A stretch of 64,000 nucleotides of DNA from an uncultured Gammaproteobacteria bacterium. GTDB lineage: Bacteria > Patescibacteriota > Microgenomatia > UBA1406 > GWC2-37-13. The notes under the pieces were generated by a model. The model was not told where the DNA came from. It saw nothing but the letters and a program-made list of their open reading frames with translations, and searched no databases. Every line of letters starts with the position of its first letter. Within the stretch, counting starts at the first letter, position 1. The stretch covers positions 16,129-80,128 of the forward strand of contig CAZQAU010000001.1 in NCBI GenBank assembly GCA_964591375.1, in the 5' to 3' direction. The translations under genes and the position numbers were made by a program. Positions 9,437 to 19,481 of the stretch are shown piece after piece.

Positions 9437-10723
9437 ATGGCTCAAGTCAAAACACCTCATATATGGAATTATCCTATGCCCAAATACGACAGTTTGCAGT
9501 TGAATATTTTGTTAGGAGATAATGATTTGTTTGATACTGATTTTACTCCTATCACATGTGACAATGCCCATGCAGAATTGTATGATTGTTTGAAGAATGT
9601 GGAAAAGAATCGGCCAAATGGACATTTTAAAATAGTGACAACGGCGCAAAAATACCTGGAAAGCATTGAAATATTATTGGAACTTATAGACATCAAGTGC
9701 CCAGAGGGCATTGCTTATTCATATCTTACCAATTTAGATACAGAAGAGGACAAGTGTTCTTGGAAAAGCACGCATGCAATCACTCCCTTGGAGCGAAACC
9801 GCGACAGGCTAATGATTAATGGAAAAATGAAAATCAATCCAGAAATGACAAAGGCAATTGTTGATTCGATTCCTTTGGAGGATTCATTTATGTTTTCACT
9901 CGAGTATGAAGCCTGTTTCGCAATCTGTGTAATGGTGCTGGGATACATTAATGCAGCCGAAATGATGTTGATACAGGATTTGAAGAAAAAATTAGGGTAT
10001 GATGTAGCACAGAATTTATATTTAGCTGCGGCTATAGTTGCGCAAATTGGTATTGGATGGAGCACATTGTTTCAATCTAAAGAGTTTTCATTGCAAACCG
10101 AAACACTTCCCAGAACATATGAAGGGCTGTATGCCTATGCCATAGCCAAGGCACAAATTATTTTAGTAGAAAAGTTTATAAGCAATACGAAAATCACGAA
10201 TCATCAACGATGCACTCAGTATCTCTTTATTGTAAATAACATGAATAGGGCACACAACTTGATTAATGCAACATGTAACATTTGTTGTTCTACAGGAATC
10301 AGTATGTTTGCATTGTACTACAAATATTTATATTATGCCAAAGCATATTTGGAATACGCTTTAGGATTGAGAGAAGGAATCAAGAACGGACAGAAAATCA
10401 AAAGCGAAGAAACAAATTATTCTGAGGTGTACAATATCACATGGGTGGTTGATTTTTATTTAAAGCATGCAAAAGACCAAATGATGCGCTGTAAATTGTC
10501 AGGATTGGAAGAAGATATCAAAAACATTGCAGCCCGAGCAGAAGAGTTGAGAACAAGAACGATGTATATGAAGAATGTGTCAAAAAACGGTCATGATTTG
10601 CCTACAGTGTTTGCCAAAATGGAACAAATAGAACTGAATCCGCTTATGTATAGGGATGTTTTGCCCAAGGAAGAAAATATTGTCGAAGCTCAAATGGAAC
10701 ATATGAAAAAAATAATGTTTTAG
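9437..10723 (+). CDS. hypothetical protein (428 aa)
   Basis: ATG-initiated long ORF with globular-looking composition. No motif recognised. Confidence 0.75.
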   Translation: MAQVKTPHIWNYPMPKYDSLQLNILLGDNDLFDTDFTPITCDNAHAELYDCLKNVEKNRPNGHFKIVTTAQKYLESIEILLELIDIKCPEGIAYSYLTNLDTEEDKCSWKSTHAITPLERNRDRLMINGKMKINPEMTKAIVDSIPLEDSFMFSLEYEACFAICVMVLGYINAAEMMLIQDLKKKLGYDVAQNLYLAAAIVAQIGIGWSTLFQSKEFSLQTETLPRTYEGLYAYAIAKAQIILVEKFISNTKITNHQRCTQYLFIVNNMNRAHNLINATCNICCSTGISMFALYYKYLYYAKAYLEYALGLREGIKNGQKIKSEETNYSEVYNITWVVDFYLKHAKDQMMRCKLSGLEEDIKNIAARAEELRTRTMYMKNVSKNGHDLPTVFAKMEQIELNPLMYRDVLPKEENIVEAQMEHMKKIMF

Positions 10724-10737
10724 GATACTTTTATTTT

Positions 10738-12033
10738 TTATCTAAAAGTGTACAGTGGAGAGTTGGTGTTGATTTTGATGCCTCCAAATTCTGTTAATGT
10801 CGAATAAAATTTGTTGAACAATTCATTGGATTCATTTCCAACTTCAGATTGCAAAGAAGCCAGTGCTTTGTTTATAGTCCATTCATCTTTCGAAAGGTCT
10901 ACTTTGTTCAGTAGCAACAAAAATTTTCTGTTTGCCTTTTCACAAAAATCATACAAGGAATCAAACATGGCAATAAATTTAGCCAGTTTGACCTGGTATC
11001 CCTGTTCCCTGCATAGAATAAATCTCATGTGACCATTGATTTTTTTGACGGCCACTTCAAAATCCGGTGTTTTTGTGTAAAGAGTAGCATTGACAAGCAC
11101 GTTATGGCATTGTGAAAAAATGGTATAAAATGCTGTAAATATTTCCTGATGCTTTTCTATCAATACGCTATTGAGGTTCACCAATAATCTTGTGTATGCT
11201 AACGCTACAGCAGCAATGCGATTTTGTGTATCAGACTTCACATCGTAAAATTCTTTTTTGATATCTTCCAAAGAATAACATCCAGCAGGAGACTCGACAA
11301 TTGTTTTGAAAATAAAATTGCCTACGAGTTCTATATCATCGGCTGTGACCAAGGCTTCATCCTTTGTGATAGCAACTGCAACTTCAGAAGAGGTATATTG
11401 TTTCTGCGTGTTCAATGAGTTTATCATATCGAAAAACGCAAGGTTTTTTACATACAAATTTCCCAAATAACAATGTGACCCCTTTTTGTTAATTAATCGT
11501 ATAAGATATTTGAAAATATCATATTTGATACTGTTGATTTCTTCATCAGTTGCCAGCCCTTCTAATTTTGATGCCTCTTTCCACAGCCTTAAAATATTGG
11601 ATGCAATGGCTGGTATAATAATACTGTATCCTAGACTATCTTGCATTTTTTCTGTTTTAATTGGTGTTTGTAATGCATTCCAATTCGAAAGTTCTGTTTG
11701 AAGTTTTGTTGGTGAATAGTTTTCAATTTGATTAAGCAGCTCATTCACCCTGTACAAAAACTTGCTTTCGGCAGAAAATATCAAATCTGTTTTTATGATA
11801 TTCATCAAAAATTGTCCTGCGGATTCAGGCGTTGCATTTGCCAATTTGTATTTCCCCAATTTATCATTTTGCAACATTTTGTTGACTTCAATTGGAGATT
11901 TATTGTACCCAGGACCTGACATCCATGGATTTCTTGATGCCGTTAGCAAATTGGGATTCATATTGTTTGAAACTAACCAATTTGTCATGTTGTGACCAGC
12001 AGTGTCTTGGGTTTCAATATCAGACAAACTCAT
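10738..12033 (-). CDS. hypothetical protein (431 aa)
   Basis: ATG at 12031-12033. Converges on the previous gene with a 14-nt spacer. No motif recognised. Confidence 0.75.
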   Translation of the reverse strand: MSLSDIETQDTAGHNMTNWLVSNNMNPNLLTASRNPWMSGPGYNKSPIEVNKMLQNDKLGKYKLANATPESAGQFLMNIIKTDLIFSAESKFLYRVNELLNQIENYSPTKLQTELSNWNALQTPIKTEKMQDSLGYSIIIPAIASNILRLWKEASKLEGLATDEEINSIKYDIFKYLIRLINKKGSHCYLGNLYVKNLAFFDMINSLNTQKQYTSSEVAVAITKDEALVTADDIELVGNFIFKTIVESPAGCYSLEDIKKEFYDVKSDTQNRIAAVALAYTRLLVNLNSVLIEKHQEIFTAFYTIFSQCHNVLVNATLYTKTPDFEVAVKKINGHMRFILCREQGYQVKLAKFIAMFDSLYDFCEKANRKFLLLLNKVDLSKDEWTINKALASLQSEVGNESNELFNKFYSTLTEFGGIKINTNSPLYTFR

Positions 12034-12215
12034 TTTTTGGGTAATTCGGTGTTAAAAACAAAAGGTTACTTGCTTTGTGATATAGTCACTATATTTTAGA
12101 AAATAATTTTGTATTGTACTTTTTTATATATTTATATAATTCCAAAAACAAAAGTAATTTGTTTTTTGTTTTAAATATCAAAAAAAGAAACAATAGTGTT
12201 ACAAAAAATCAAATT

Positions 12216-13673
12216 ATGGAATTGACCACGGATACATCTCGTCCTGAGATTGGAACCACTTCAAAAGTCGAGCAGGGAACACAATCTATTGCCAGTTATG
12301 TAGCCTCGGCCAAATTCAATAATATGCTCGAAAAACAAATGATTATTCCTCTTGGAGAGGCCGGAAAACTTACTGAAATGGCATATAGTCAAAAGGTGGT
12401 TTTGAGTATTGACCAATTGTTTTCGATGCAGTTTGAAGAAATCAAACAAACCCATGCCCAAAGCGGATTGTTTGTATGGGAGTATATCGTGAATAATATA
12501 ACTCCAAGTTTTATGTCAATCTCAGACACAGGGGCAGATAGTGGTGATATAGAAAAAATTAAAAGTATTAGGGTAGCAGCAGCTGTATGCAACAATGAAA
12601 TTTTGTATGCTTCAAGAGTTCCCACCTCAGGCGCGATGTCTATGAAAGTCAAAAACGATATCAAAGGGACGTTTCTTATGCAATACATTCCACCATTACA
12701 AATTCCAAATAGAATATTAATTGATAGCTCTGATGTTTTTATTACAAGAACAGAGGTTTTGAGAGAATACAAAAAAATAGCTTCGGCTTTAGGCGACTCT
12801 GTTGAAAATGGATTTTTCTATATTATTTTTGACATTGGAACAAATGAATGGTCGAGCACATCAGTAGATTATATAATCACTCCAAATAAGGGGTTGCTTG
12901 CAGCAATTGAAGAAAACAGAAGAAAACCACAAGAAAGCAGATTGACTTTGGAGTCTTTGTTAATTTCTCATCCACATACAATGAGCATCAGTAAAACAGG
13001 GCTTGACAAATTGTTTGCGCTTTTGAAAGTCCCAACTTTGGACACAACAAGACCTTCTTCTACATCAAATACTTTACATTATTCAGACCGATTGGAACTT
13101 ACATTAGGAGCATCTGTGGCTGCTTTGAATATTTTAGGAAACAACTTGTTGCAAGATACTTCCATTATTTTGGGAGCATTGGGCTTTGAAGGAGCGGATA
13201 TATTCATTCCTTGTGTCTATTTTTATGATTTTGGAATAACTACTCAATTGGCTTTGCCGGGTCTGCGACATATTGAAGAGGTTTCTTTATATGGAAGAGA
13301 AAAAAGGCGAACAGACGAAGTATCAAAAAGAAAAGCAATTAAAAAAATGCAAACCCAGACGAATACTAGATTGTTCCCACAGCTTTTAGGATCATTGATT
13401 GAATTTAGGGATACTGCATTCAAGCAAAACAAGCAAAGGATGGACTACGAAAATGCCAATTTTGTATTAGGGTATAACTATGCACTGACTGTAATTGAAA
13501 AAGTGCTTAGTGATATGTATGATACCGCTCCCAAATCGTCGCTTCTGAAAGCCAATATTCCGTTTGAATATATTTCTGGAATGAAATTATCCACAAAGGA
13601 GTTTGGAACCAAGCGTGTTGTGGCACCTGAGTCTGTCAGTATCATTCCGTCTATGGCAACTCGGCCGTTTTGA
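12216..13673 (+). CDS. hypothetical protein (485 aa)
   Basis: The track start at 12114 is TTG, and the extension (MYFFIYLYNSKNK...) reads like A+T-rich promoter. The first ATG is at 12216 (MELTTDTSRPE...). Confidence 0.75.
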   Translation: MELTTDTSRPEIGTTSKVEQGTQSIASYVASAKFNNMLEKQMIIPLGEAGKLTEMAYSQKVVLSIDQLFSMQFEEIKQTHAQSGLFVWEYIVNNITPSFMSISDTGADSGDIEKIKSIRVAAAVCNNEILYASRVPTSGAMSMKVKNDIKGTFLMQYIPPLQIPNRILIDSSDVFITRTEVLREYKKIASALGDSVENGFFYIIFDIGTNEWSSTSVDYIITPNKGLLAAIEENRRKPQESRLTLESLLISHPHTMSISKTGLDKLFALLKVPTLDTTRPSSTSNTLHYSDRLELTLGASVAALNILGNNLLQDTSIILGALGFEGADIFIPCVYFYDFGITTQLALPGLRHIEEVSLYGREKRRTDEVSKRKAIKKMQTQTNTRLFPQLLGSLIEFRDTAFKQNKQRMDYENANFVLGYNYALTVIEKVLSDMYDTAPKSSLLKANIPFEYISGMKLSTKEFGTKRVVAPESVSIIPSMATRPF

Positions 13674-13726
13674 TTGAAATGCATTCAATGAAATACGTTT
13701 ATAATTTACAATAAAAATATAGGTTT

Positions 13727-15055
13727 TTACATATATCCTTCGTATACACAGTTTGTGATTTGTTGCGATTGTTTCAAGAGTTTCATTTTTTCAGTTTCTT
13801 CTATTGCAAACGGTATTCTGTCGTTAAAATACCGAACGGCTACTTGTTCAACTGGTTGATTTATTCGTATCGCATATTTATATTTTGATGAGTATTTTAC
13901 AGAACTCAATCGAACGGATATTGTCATGTCGTTCGATAAATGAGTTGATAACAGATCTGGATTTACGGATGTTTCCAGTAAACAAAAATCAATACTCATA
14001 CGTTTGTATGTAACATATGATATTTTAAGATGGTTATTTTCTGATATATTTGGATTAAAAAAGTTTTCTATTGCTACAGCAATTTTGTAAAATTTTTTAG
14101 CACTTTTTTCGTCCAAATTCGTACCAGCTAATAATTTGAAGGTAAATTGTTCACCTTCATAAAAATTTAATGTTCCTTCCATAGTGACTGCATTCAAAAC
14201 TCTGTACATGCATCGCACACAAAGATATAACTTGTCATGTAATTCTTTTTGGGGCATTCTATCGTTTAATAATTTGTAAAACAATGATCTATAATTCTCA
14301 ATCTTTAGACGACCTAATGGATATAAAAACGTCCCAGCTTTGAATTGTTTAATCATTTTAATGTATTCTTTATAATCGACATATGGCTGAGTCAATTCGT
14401 ATGCAACTCCCATAACATAAATACCACAATTTCTGTTGATTTGTGGTTCAATGTAATTTCTAAATCTAAGTGTAAACGGTCTGTAAGGATCGTTTGTTGA
14501 CAGAAGCACACATTTGTTTTTGTATTCTTTTATAGCATACAACATGTACGTATTGTACAGCAACAATATTTTTTCTGCTACCTGCAAAATTTCAGGACTA
14601 ATTTGTGGATTTGGATTGTAACAATATGGTAGATTCTCGTCTTTTTTGATGACCTTGAAACGAGTAGTGTTTCCTATTTTTTTGGAATAGCTAAATCTAT
14701 CCACACAAATTTCATATATGTGTTCTGCAGTGTTCATGCATAAGGAATCGAATGCAGTGATTTCTTTTTCAACAAAATCCACTACCATCAGTTCCCAATG
14801 AGTATTCCTTCCATCTCTGCCTGGAACAGTGCTCACAGGCACGATCATTGCCCTCGCCGTCAATGGGCTAAAACATTGTTTCGCAAAGTATTTGGGCGCC
14901 ACTTTGCATGCGTTTTCTATGGTAAATGTGTCAAAAAATACAGGATCCATACATATGATAGGCCGCACCAGCATTGCAGCTCGTTGATTGCATAATTGCA
15001 TAAACCTAGAAATAGTATCACATGATACATTATTGTCCCCTCCATATTTTTCCAT
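13727..15055 (-). CDS. Ulp1/SENP/adenain-fold (clan CE) cysteine protease-like protein with a roughly 230-aa C-terminal extension
   Basis: His86 sits in NTHWELMVVD (codon 14798-14800). Asp103 sits in AFDSL, exactly 17 residues later as in Ulp1 and adenain. Gln205 and Cys210 sit in EPQINRNCGIYV (Cys codon 14426-14428). The His-to-Cys spacing of 124 aa is longer than in Ulp1, ASFV S273R or poxvirus I7. Confidence 0.65.
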   Translation of the reverse strand: MEKYGGDNNVSCDTISRFMQLCNQRAAMLVRPIICMDPVFFDTFTIENACKVAPKYFAKQCFSPLTARAMIVPVSTVPGRDGRNTHWELMVVDFVEKEITAFDSLCMNTAEHIYEICVDRFSYSKKIGNTTRFKVIKKDENLPYCYNPNPQISPEILQVAEKILLLYNTYMLYAIKEYKNKCVLLSTNDPYRPFTLRFRNYIEPQINRNCGIYVMGVAYELTQPYVDYKEYIKMIKQFKAGTFLYPLGRLKIENYRSLFYKLLNDRMPQKELHDKLYLCVRCMYRVLNAVTMEGTLNFYEGEQFTFKLLAGTNLDEKSAKKFYKIAVAIENFFNPNISENNHLKISYVTYKRMSIDFCLLETSVNPDLLSTHLSNDMTISVRLSSVKYSSKYKYAIRINQPVEQVAVRYFNDRIPFAIEETEKMKLLKQSQQITNCVYEGYM

Positions 15056-15136
15056 TGCATACAGTTTTTTTCTTAAAAAGATGTGTGAAAATAAATTTTA
15101 TTTTTTGCAATCATTGCTAAGCAGGATACATAATAA

Positions 15137-16855
15137 TTAATTTTTCAAACTATTTTCAATTGCCACTATCTTTGCAAAGGAGGCCTGGAGTGTAAGGATA
15201 AATCCAGTGAGGTTGTAGTCAAAAGAAGAAGCCTCCATTTTTTTGTTGATTTCCTCATATTCTTTTGTTTTTTGTTCGATCGCCAAATCCAATGCAGTAG
15301 TGTCACCATTCTTGCTGGCAAGCAATTCTCTCTCATCTGTTAGTTTTTTGATTTCCATTTCATAGGCAGTAGATGCAAGAAAAAGAGAACCGTCTCCTGA
15401 GAGTTTGGGCACCACAATTTTGCTGCAGGTAGAATTCATGGTTAGAATTTGCCAATTGTCTGGTTTCGGACAAGGATCAATGCGATAATATCGATGATTC
15501 AATAATCTTGCAGCAGAGTCTTTGGCATAAGAAACAGTAGCTTTTTGTTTGGTCAATGCTTCAATAGTTTCCAAATCGGGATTGGGTTCATTGCTCTGTT
15601 TCAATATTTCAGATTCTATTTTGGTCAAGTCTTCTTTCAATTCATCGAGAGTTTTGTTTCCAGAAGAAATTTGGTCATTAAGTTGAAGAAGCAGATCATA
15701 TTCTATCAAAAGAAATGGAAAATCTTCAAAAGGCTGGTTCTTTTTTGCTCCCAAGCAAATCTCTACTCTTGTCGGAACATTGTCTCTTGCAGAAATGGTA
15801 GATGAAGAAACATTGAAGCAGATATCTACCAAAAGAAGCTTTCCAAATTTGCCATTGGGTAGCTTTAACATAGGATTTGCTATGCGAACTTGATGCTTTG
15901 CAAGCTTCACATAGCCCTGCCCTGCATCATGAAACTCTCTCAAATCATTCCCATCATTGACAGTAAACACATTGCGGTATGTGAATGACAATGGATGTGT
16001 CAAAGTGCTATTTTTGTCGATAGCTGAACTTAATTGCTTTATCTTTTCGTTTTTTCTAAGGGCTTCATAGGACTCCAGTGCAGCAGAAACAGCGTTTTTC
16101 AAATCAGGAGCATTGTCCAAAAAGAACATGGCATCATGACCTGTCTCATTGGCAGTCAAAGAATTGTCATCAATTAAATAAATAGTATCATAGATATATT
16201 TGTCTTCTATGCCATATAAAATAGCATGCAAAAAGAGACTGTTTCCGTGTTTGTTTTTGCAATGGGGCAAAAACGCCTGCACGTGATCAATGGGTGCATC
16301 AATGATTTGATCAATCATATCATTTTTGGTAAGCCCCGTTACTTGTTGAGGACATCTTTTTTTGTTGTTTTCACAAAACACAAACACAAACGACTGTATT
16401 GCTCCCAACGACTTTGTTTCAATGGCCAAATGAACGGGAGTATTTCCATCATTGTCTTTATCGGTAACACTAAACCCGAAATGATTGACAAGAAACTTCA
16501 CAGTTCCAAAGTATTCTTCAAGAAGTGTTTTTTTAATATGTTCTTCAGGGTTCGTAGTTGCGCACAAATGCAATGCATTTTTGCCATTTCGATCAAGAAC
16601 TACGTTCAAATTTTTGTTTTGATAGGAACCAATGTGCTCAAAAGTGTATTTGATTAATGGCAATGCAAATGCTTTTGCAAAACACAAAAACGGATGGATG
16701 ACTTCATGTTCGTTCCATACAGTAGGATCAGATCCTTCTTCCAAAAAGGCCATGCATTTCGATATGCATGCATTGCGTTTTTCGCTACTTTGAGTACAAT
16801 TTAATGTCAATTGATAACATGCTGCAAAAAATTCTGCAGGTGATTCGCATTCCAT
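15137..16855 (-). CDS. ankyrin-repeat protein with a coiled-coil-like C-terminal half (572 aa)
   Basis: The track start at 16864 is TTG; the ATG is at 16853-16855 (MECESPAEFF). Ankyrin-type repeats: DRNGKNALHLCATT, DNDGNTPVHLAIETKSLGAIQSFV, NKHGNSLFLHAILYG. Confidence 0.7.
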   Translation of the reverse strand: MECESPAEFFAACYQLTLNCTQSSEKRNACISKCMAFLEEGSDPTVWNEHEVIHPFLCFAKAFALPLIKYTFEHIGSYQNKNLNVVLDRNGKNALHLCATTNPEEHIKKTLLEEYFGTVKFLVNHFGFSVTDKDNDGNTPVHLAIETKSLGAIQSFVFVFCENNKKRCPQQVTGLTKNDMIDQIIDAPIDHVQAFLPHCKNKHGNSLFLHAILYGIEDKYIYDTIYLIDDNSLTANETGHDAMFFLDNAPDLKNAVSAALESYEALRKNEKIKQLSSAIDKNSTLTHPLSFTYRNVFTVNDGNDLREFHDAGQGYVKLAKHQVRIANPMLKLPNGKFGKLLLVDICFNVSSSTISARDNVPTRVEICLGAKKNQPFEDFPFLLIEYDLLLQLNDQISSGNKTLDELKEDLTKIESEILKQSNEPNPDLETIEALTKQKATVSYAKDSAARLLNHRYYRIDPCPKPDNWQILTMNSTCSKIVVPKLSGDGSLFLASTAYEMEIKKLTDERELLASKNGDTTALDLAIEQKTKEYEEINKKMEASSFDYNLTGFILTLQASFAKIVAIENSLKN

Positions 16856-17287
16856 TTTTTTCAAATTGGCTTTGTTAAAAATGCAAAGCCCTTTTGACTA
16901 AAATAATAGTTTTTAAAAATAATTTTTTCCAAAGGCCAAAAAAATAATTTGCACAAAATAATATGCCCATAAATGCAGAAGAAAAAAACGGAAAAAAATA
17001 AAAAGGCGACTTTTGCAAATTCAATGAAATGAATTATTATACAAGTTTCTTAGTAGCATATTCGTACTATAGTATTCATCTTACAAAAAAATATCATTGG
17101 AGTTTTTAGAAACAGTCCAAGATAGTGCTTACCAATAATTATCTAAAAAAATCCACATTTGATATTTTATTGGTGCTATAATTAGTGACCTAAAAGAGAA
17201 TAAGAACAATAACAATTTTTTGATTAGATCGGCAGCATAATAAGACCTTTAGTGTTACACAAAAATCGTTATTGAAAAATACGCAAC

Positions 17288-18589
17288 ATGGCTAAATACA
17301 CAAAACTCGAATCAGGTGACAATATTGTCACAGAAGTAATCGACGATGTTTTTTCCGCAACTACAAAGTTGATCGAAATACCAGTTGAAGTCATTGAAGA
17401 TGTAGTTCCCGGCACCAACAAACCCTTTAACAAAGTCAATTACAATGACAAACTGTACGCAGTCAATACTCCAGGAGCCATGCAAGAGAGAACCCATTCT
17501 TTGGTTCTTGTTGGAGTGTTGGTATTGTGGTGGGCATCTGTCGCAACTATTGCTGGAGTGTTTGGATCTCATTATATCAATGGCCCTGCAACTCCTTATT
17601 TCGTTTCCACAACCGATTTTTTGACCAGTATAGATGACGATGATCATGTCGCTCCAAACAACTGTGTCGGAGGATTGTACACTAACCCATGTCCACCCAA
17701 CTACCATATCATGCAGGCATTTGCATGGCCGTTTGCAATGGGCTTGACTTTTTGTGCTTTTGCAGCAATATTCATTGCCATATGGTTATTTGTACTAGTT
17801 TACAGAATGGTCACAAAATCACCATATATCTTACCAGCAGAAACCAGATCAAGAATGACCACTTGGGATGTCATTGATCATTATACTTTCAAAGTGTACA
17901 GAGATGCTGTAGTACACGATCATCACATGCTTTTGTCTCATGTGTTCTCATGTATCACTGGATTGTTTTTGCATTTCATCATTGCACTTACAATTGGAGA
18001 AGGAATTGGAAGCATTTACATTGCTGTTTTGACAGCCTTTATTTTCTTTGCTTCCGAGATTGCCGGATTGTTTATGGTCTGGGAAAACAGACGCAAGGAC
18101 CCTACTACTGTTGGAATTGTAGGAACTCATATTCGCCCCATTAGTTTCCCTGCATGGGTTATTCGCATTGGATTATGGGCTATTGTGATTGTGATTGAAA
18201 TGATCTTTTTCACACGATACCCTGCTCATGCTCGCCAGACGGATATGTACATAATGTTTATTTTTGAATTGGTTCTTTCGTTTTTGCAAGCCGGAGGTCT
18301 CCAAGGACTCTACTATCTTCATTTGTCTCCTGTGCTCAGAACTATGGATCCATTTAACAGATGGGATGTTGCATACTTAAAGAGATATTACAAGCCTTTA
18401 TTGACGAATCCAGATTACACTGTGGTATCAAAACGCTATGAATTCAGATGGACTTTGAATCCCATGATTTACGAATATGCCAATCATTTCTTCAACTTGC
18501 TCCGAGTTACCATTGTCATTTGGGCATTCTGGGGACTTACCAACGATCACACCTACATCCCATTGCTCAAGAGCGATTTCCCCCTTTAA
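17288..18589 (+). CDS. polytopic membrane protein (433 aa, about 7 TM)
   Basis: ATG start and many hydrophobic runs (LVLVGVLVLWWASVATIAGVFG, AFAWPFAMGLTFCAFAAIFIAIWLFVLVY, WVIRIGLWAIVIVIEMIFF). GAAAAATAC lies 5 nt upstream of the ATG. Confidence 0.8.
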   Translation: MAKYTKLESGDNIVTEVIDDVFSATTKLIEIPVEVIEDVVPGTNKPFNKVNYNDKLYAVNTPGAMQERTHSLVLVGVLVLWWASVATIAGVFGSHYINGPATPYFVSTTDFLTSIDDDDHVAPNNCVGGLYTNPCPPNYHIMQAFAWPFAMGLTFCAFAAIFIAIWLFVLVYRMVTKSPYILPAETRSRMTTWDVIDHYTFKVYRDAVVHDHHMLLSHVFSCITGLFLHFIIALTIGEGIGSIYIAVLTAFIFFASEIAGLFMVWENRRKDPTTVGIVGTHIRPISFPAWVIRIGLWAIVIVIEMIFFTRYPAHARQTDMYIMFIFELVLSFLQAGGLQGLYYLHLSPVLRTMDPFNRWDVAYLKRYYKPLLTNPDYTVVSKRYEFRWTLNPMIYEYANHFFNLLRVTIVIWAFWGLTNDHTYIPLLKSDFPL

Positions 18590-18625
18590 AACATGTTTCC
18601 TATATGATATATTTATAGTCAATTG

Positions 18626-18769
18626 TTTATTATTTTTCCAATCCAACATCCCAATCCATTCCATTATCCCTTACCATATTATATTCCCTTCCCCATATAA
18701 TAATATCAATGTCTCTTTCCCCTCCACCCCCCCCCCAATTACAAAATTATATAATATTTGTTCATTATG
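18626..18769. other. G-free, C-rich strand-asymmetric tract with a C10 run and CCAAT(CC) repeats, between convergent genes
   Basis: The plus strand has no G in 18626..18710 (85 nt) or 18712..18769 (58 nt). C10 at 18727..18736. CCAATCC at 18638, 18651 and 18785; CCAAT also at 18735 and 18844. Confidence 0.6.
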
Positions 18770-18860
18770 AATACAATTCCAAAACCAATCCAGTTATACA
18801 TTTATTATCCGAAAAATGTTGTACAATTTCCATAACAAATTCCCCAATAAAAAATCCCCG

Positions 18861-19481
18861 TCAGTTTTTCATAAATGGTTCAAGTTTCGCATCCCAAACT
18901 GCAATACATTCGTTAAATCCAGTAACAGTGTCAAATTCAAAATAATCTTCTCTCAAAGCTTTTTCTTTCACATATTTTCGTTTAAATGAGTCTTCAAATG
19001 TTTCGATATCCAATTGAAGCCTTAGTATTTTATCAAGTTCATTCTGTTCTTGTATCAGATTGGGAATATGTATTTTGTCACCAACTAATTTCAATTGGAC
19101 GTTAATAATATTCCGCAGTTTTGCGAAAGTAAGATAGTTGTGATATTGATTGTATTCTACAAATTCATCACGATCCATAATAAAATATTTATCAATTTCC
19201 GATTGGTCTGCTTCTTTGTTGAACGGTGTACATATTTTTTCTATAGTGTAAAAACCATTCGTTTCGTTTTTAACATCATACATCATATCATTGCATACGT
19301 TTTCCATCTTATTCAATGCACGTCTGTATATATTCAAACACATTCGTTCCCGTCTAAATGCATGTATTTTTTGCTTCAACGAATTTTTCCTTGCATTCAC
19401 ACATTGTTTCATCATAACCAAAAACTTATTGAGCTTTTGGCTTCTTGTTTGGGGTTGAAATGTTTTATCTTTTGGTGCCAT
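18861..19481 (-). CDS. hypothetical protein (206 aa, basic N-terminus MAPKDK...)
   Basis: The track ORF extends to 19649 through promoter-like sequence and overlaps the divergent neighbour. A plausible ATG is at 19479-19481. Confidence 0.6.
   Translation of the reverse strand: MAPKDKTFQPQTRSQKLNKFLVMMKQCVNARKNSLKQKIHAFRRERMCLNIYRRALNKMENVCNDMMYDVKNETNGFYTIEKICTPFNKEADQSEIDKYFIMDRDEFVEYNQYHNYLTFAKLRNIINVQLKLVGDKIHIPNLIQEQNELDKILRLQLDIETFEDSFKRKYVKEKALREDYFEFDTVTGFNECIAVWDAKLEPFMKN

Noticed and set aside
12114..12215. TTG/GTG-initiated N-terminal extensions in the ORF track (also 476, 6787, 16864, 22216, 33784, 36489, 36565, 41167, 45139, 45147, 45734, 46283, 49438, 53555, 59168, and ATG 29318 and 19649).
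   Set aside because: The gene content is eukaryotic-virus-like, so ATG initiation is expected. The extensions read as A+T-rich promoter translated (e.g. MYFFIYLYNSKNK) or overlap the divergent neighbour. I trimmed them to the first sensible ATG.
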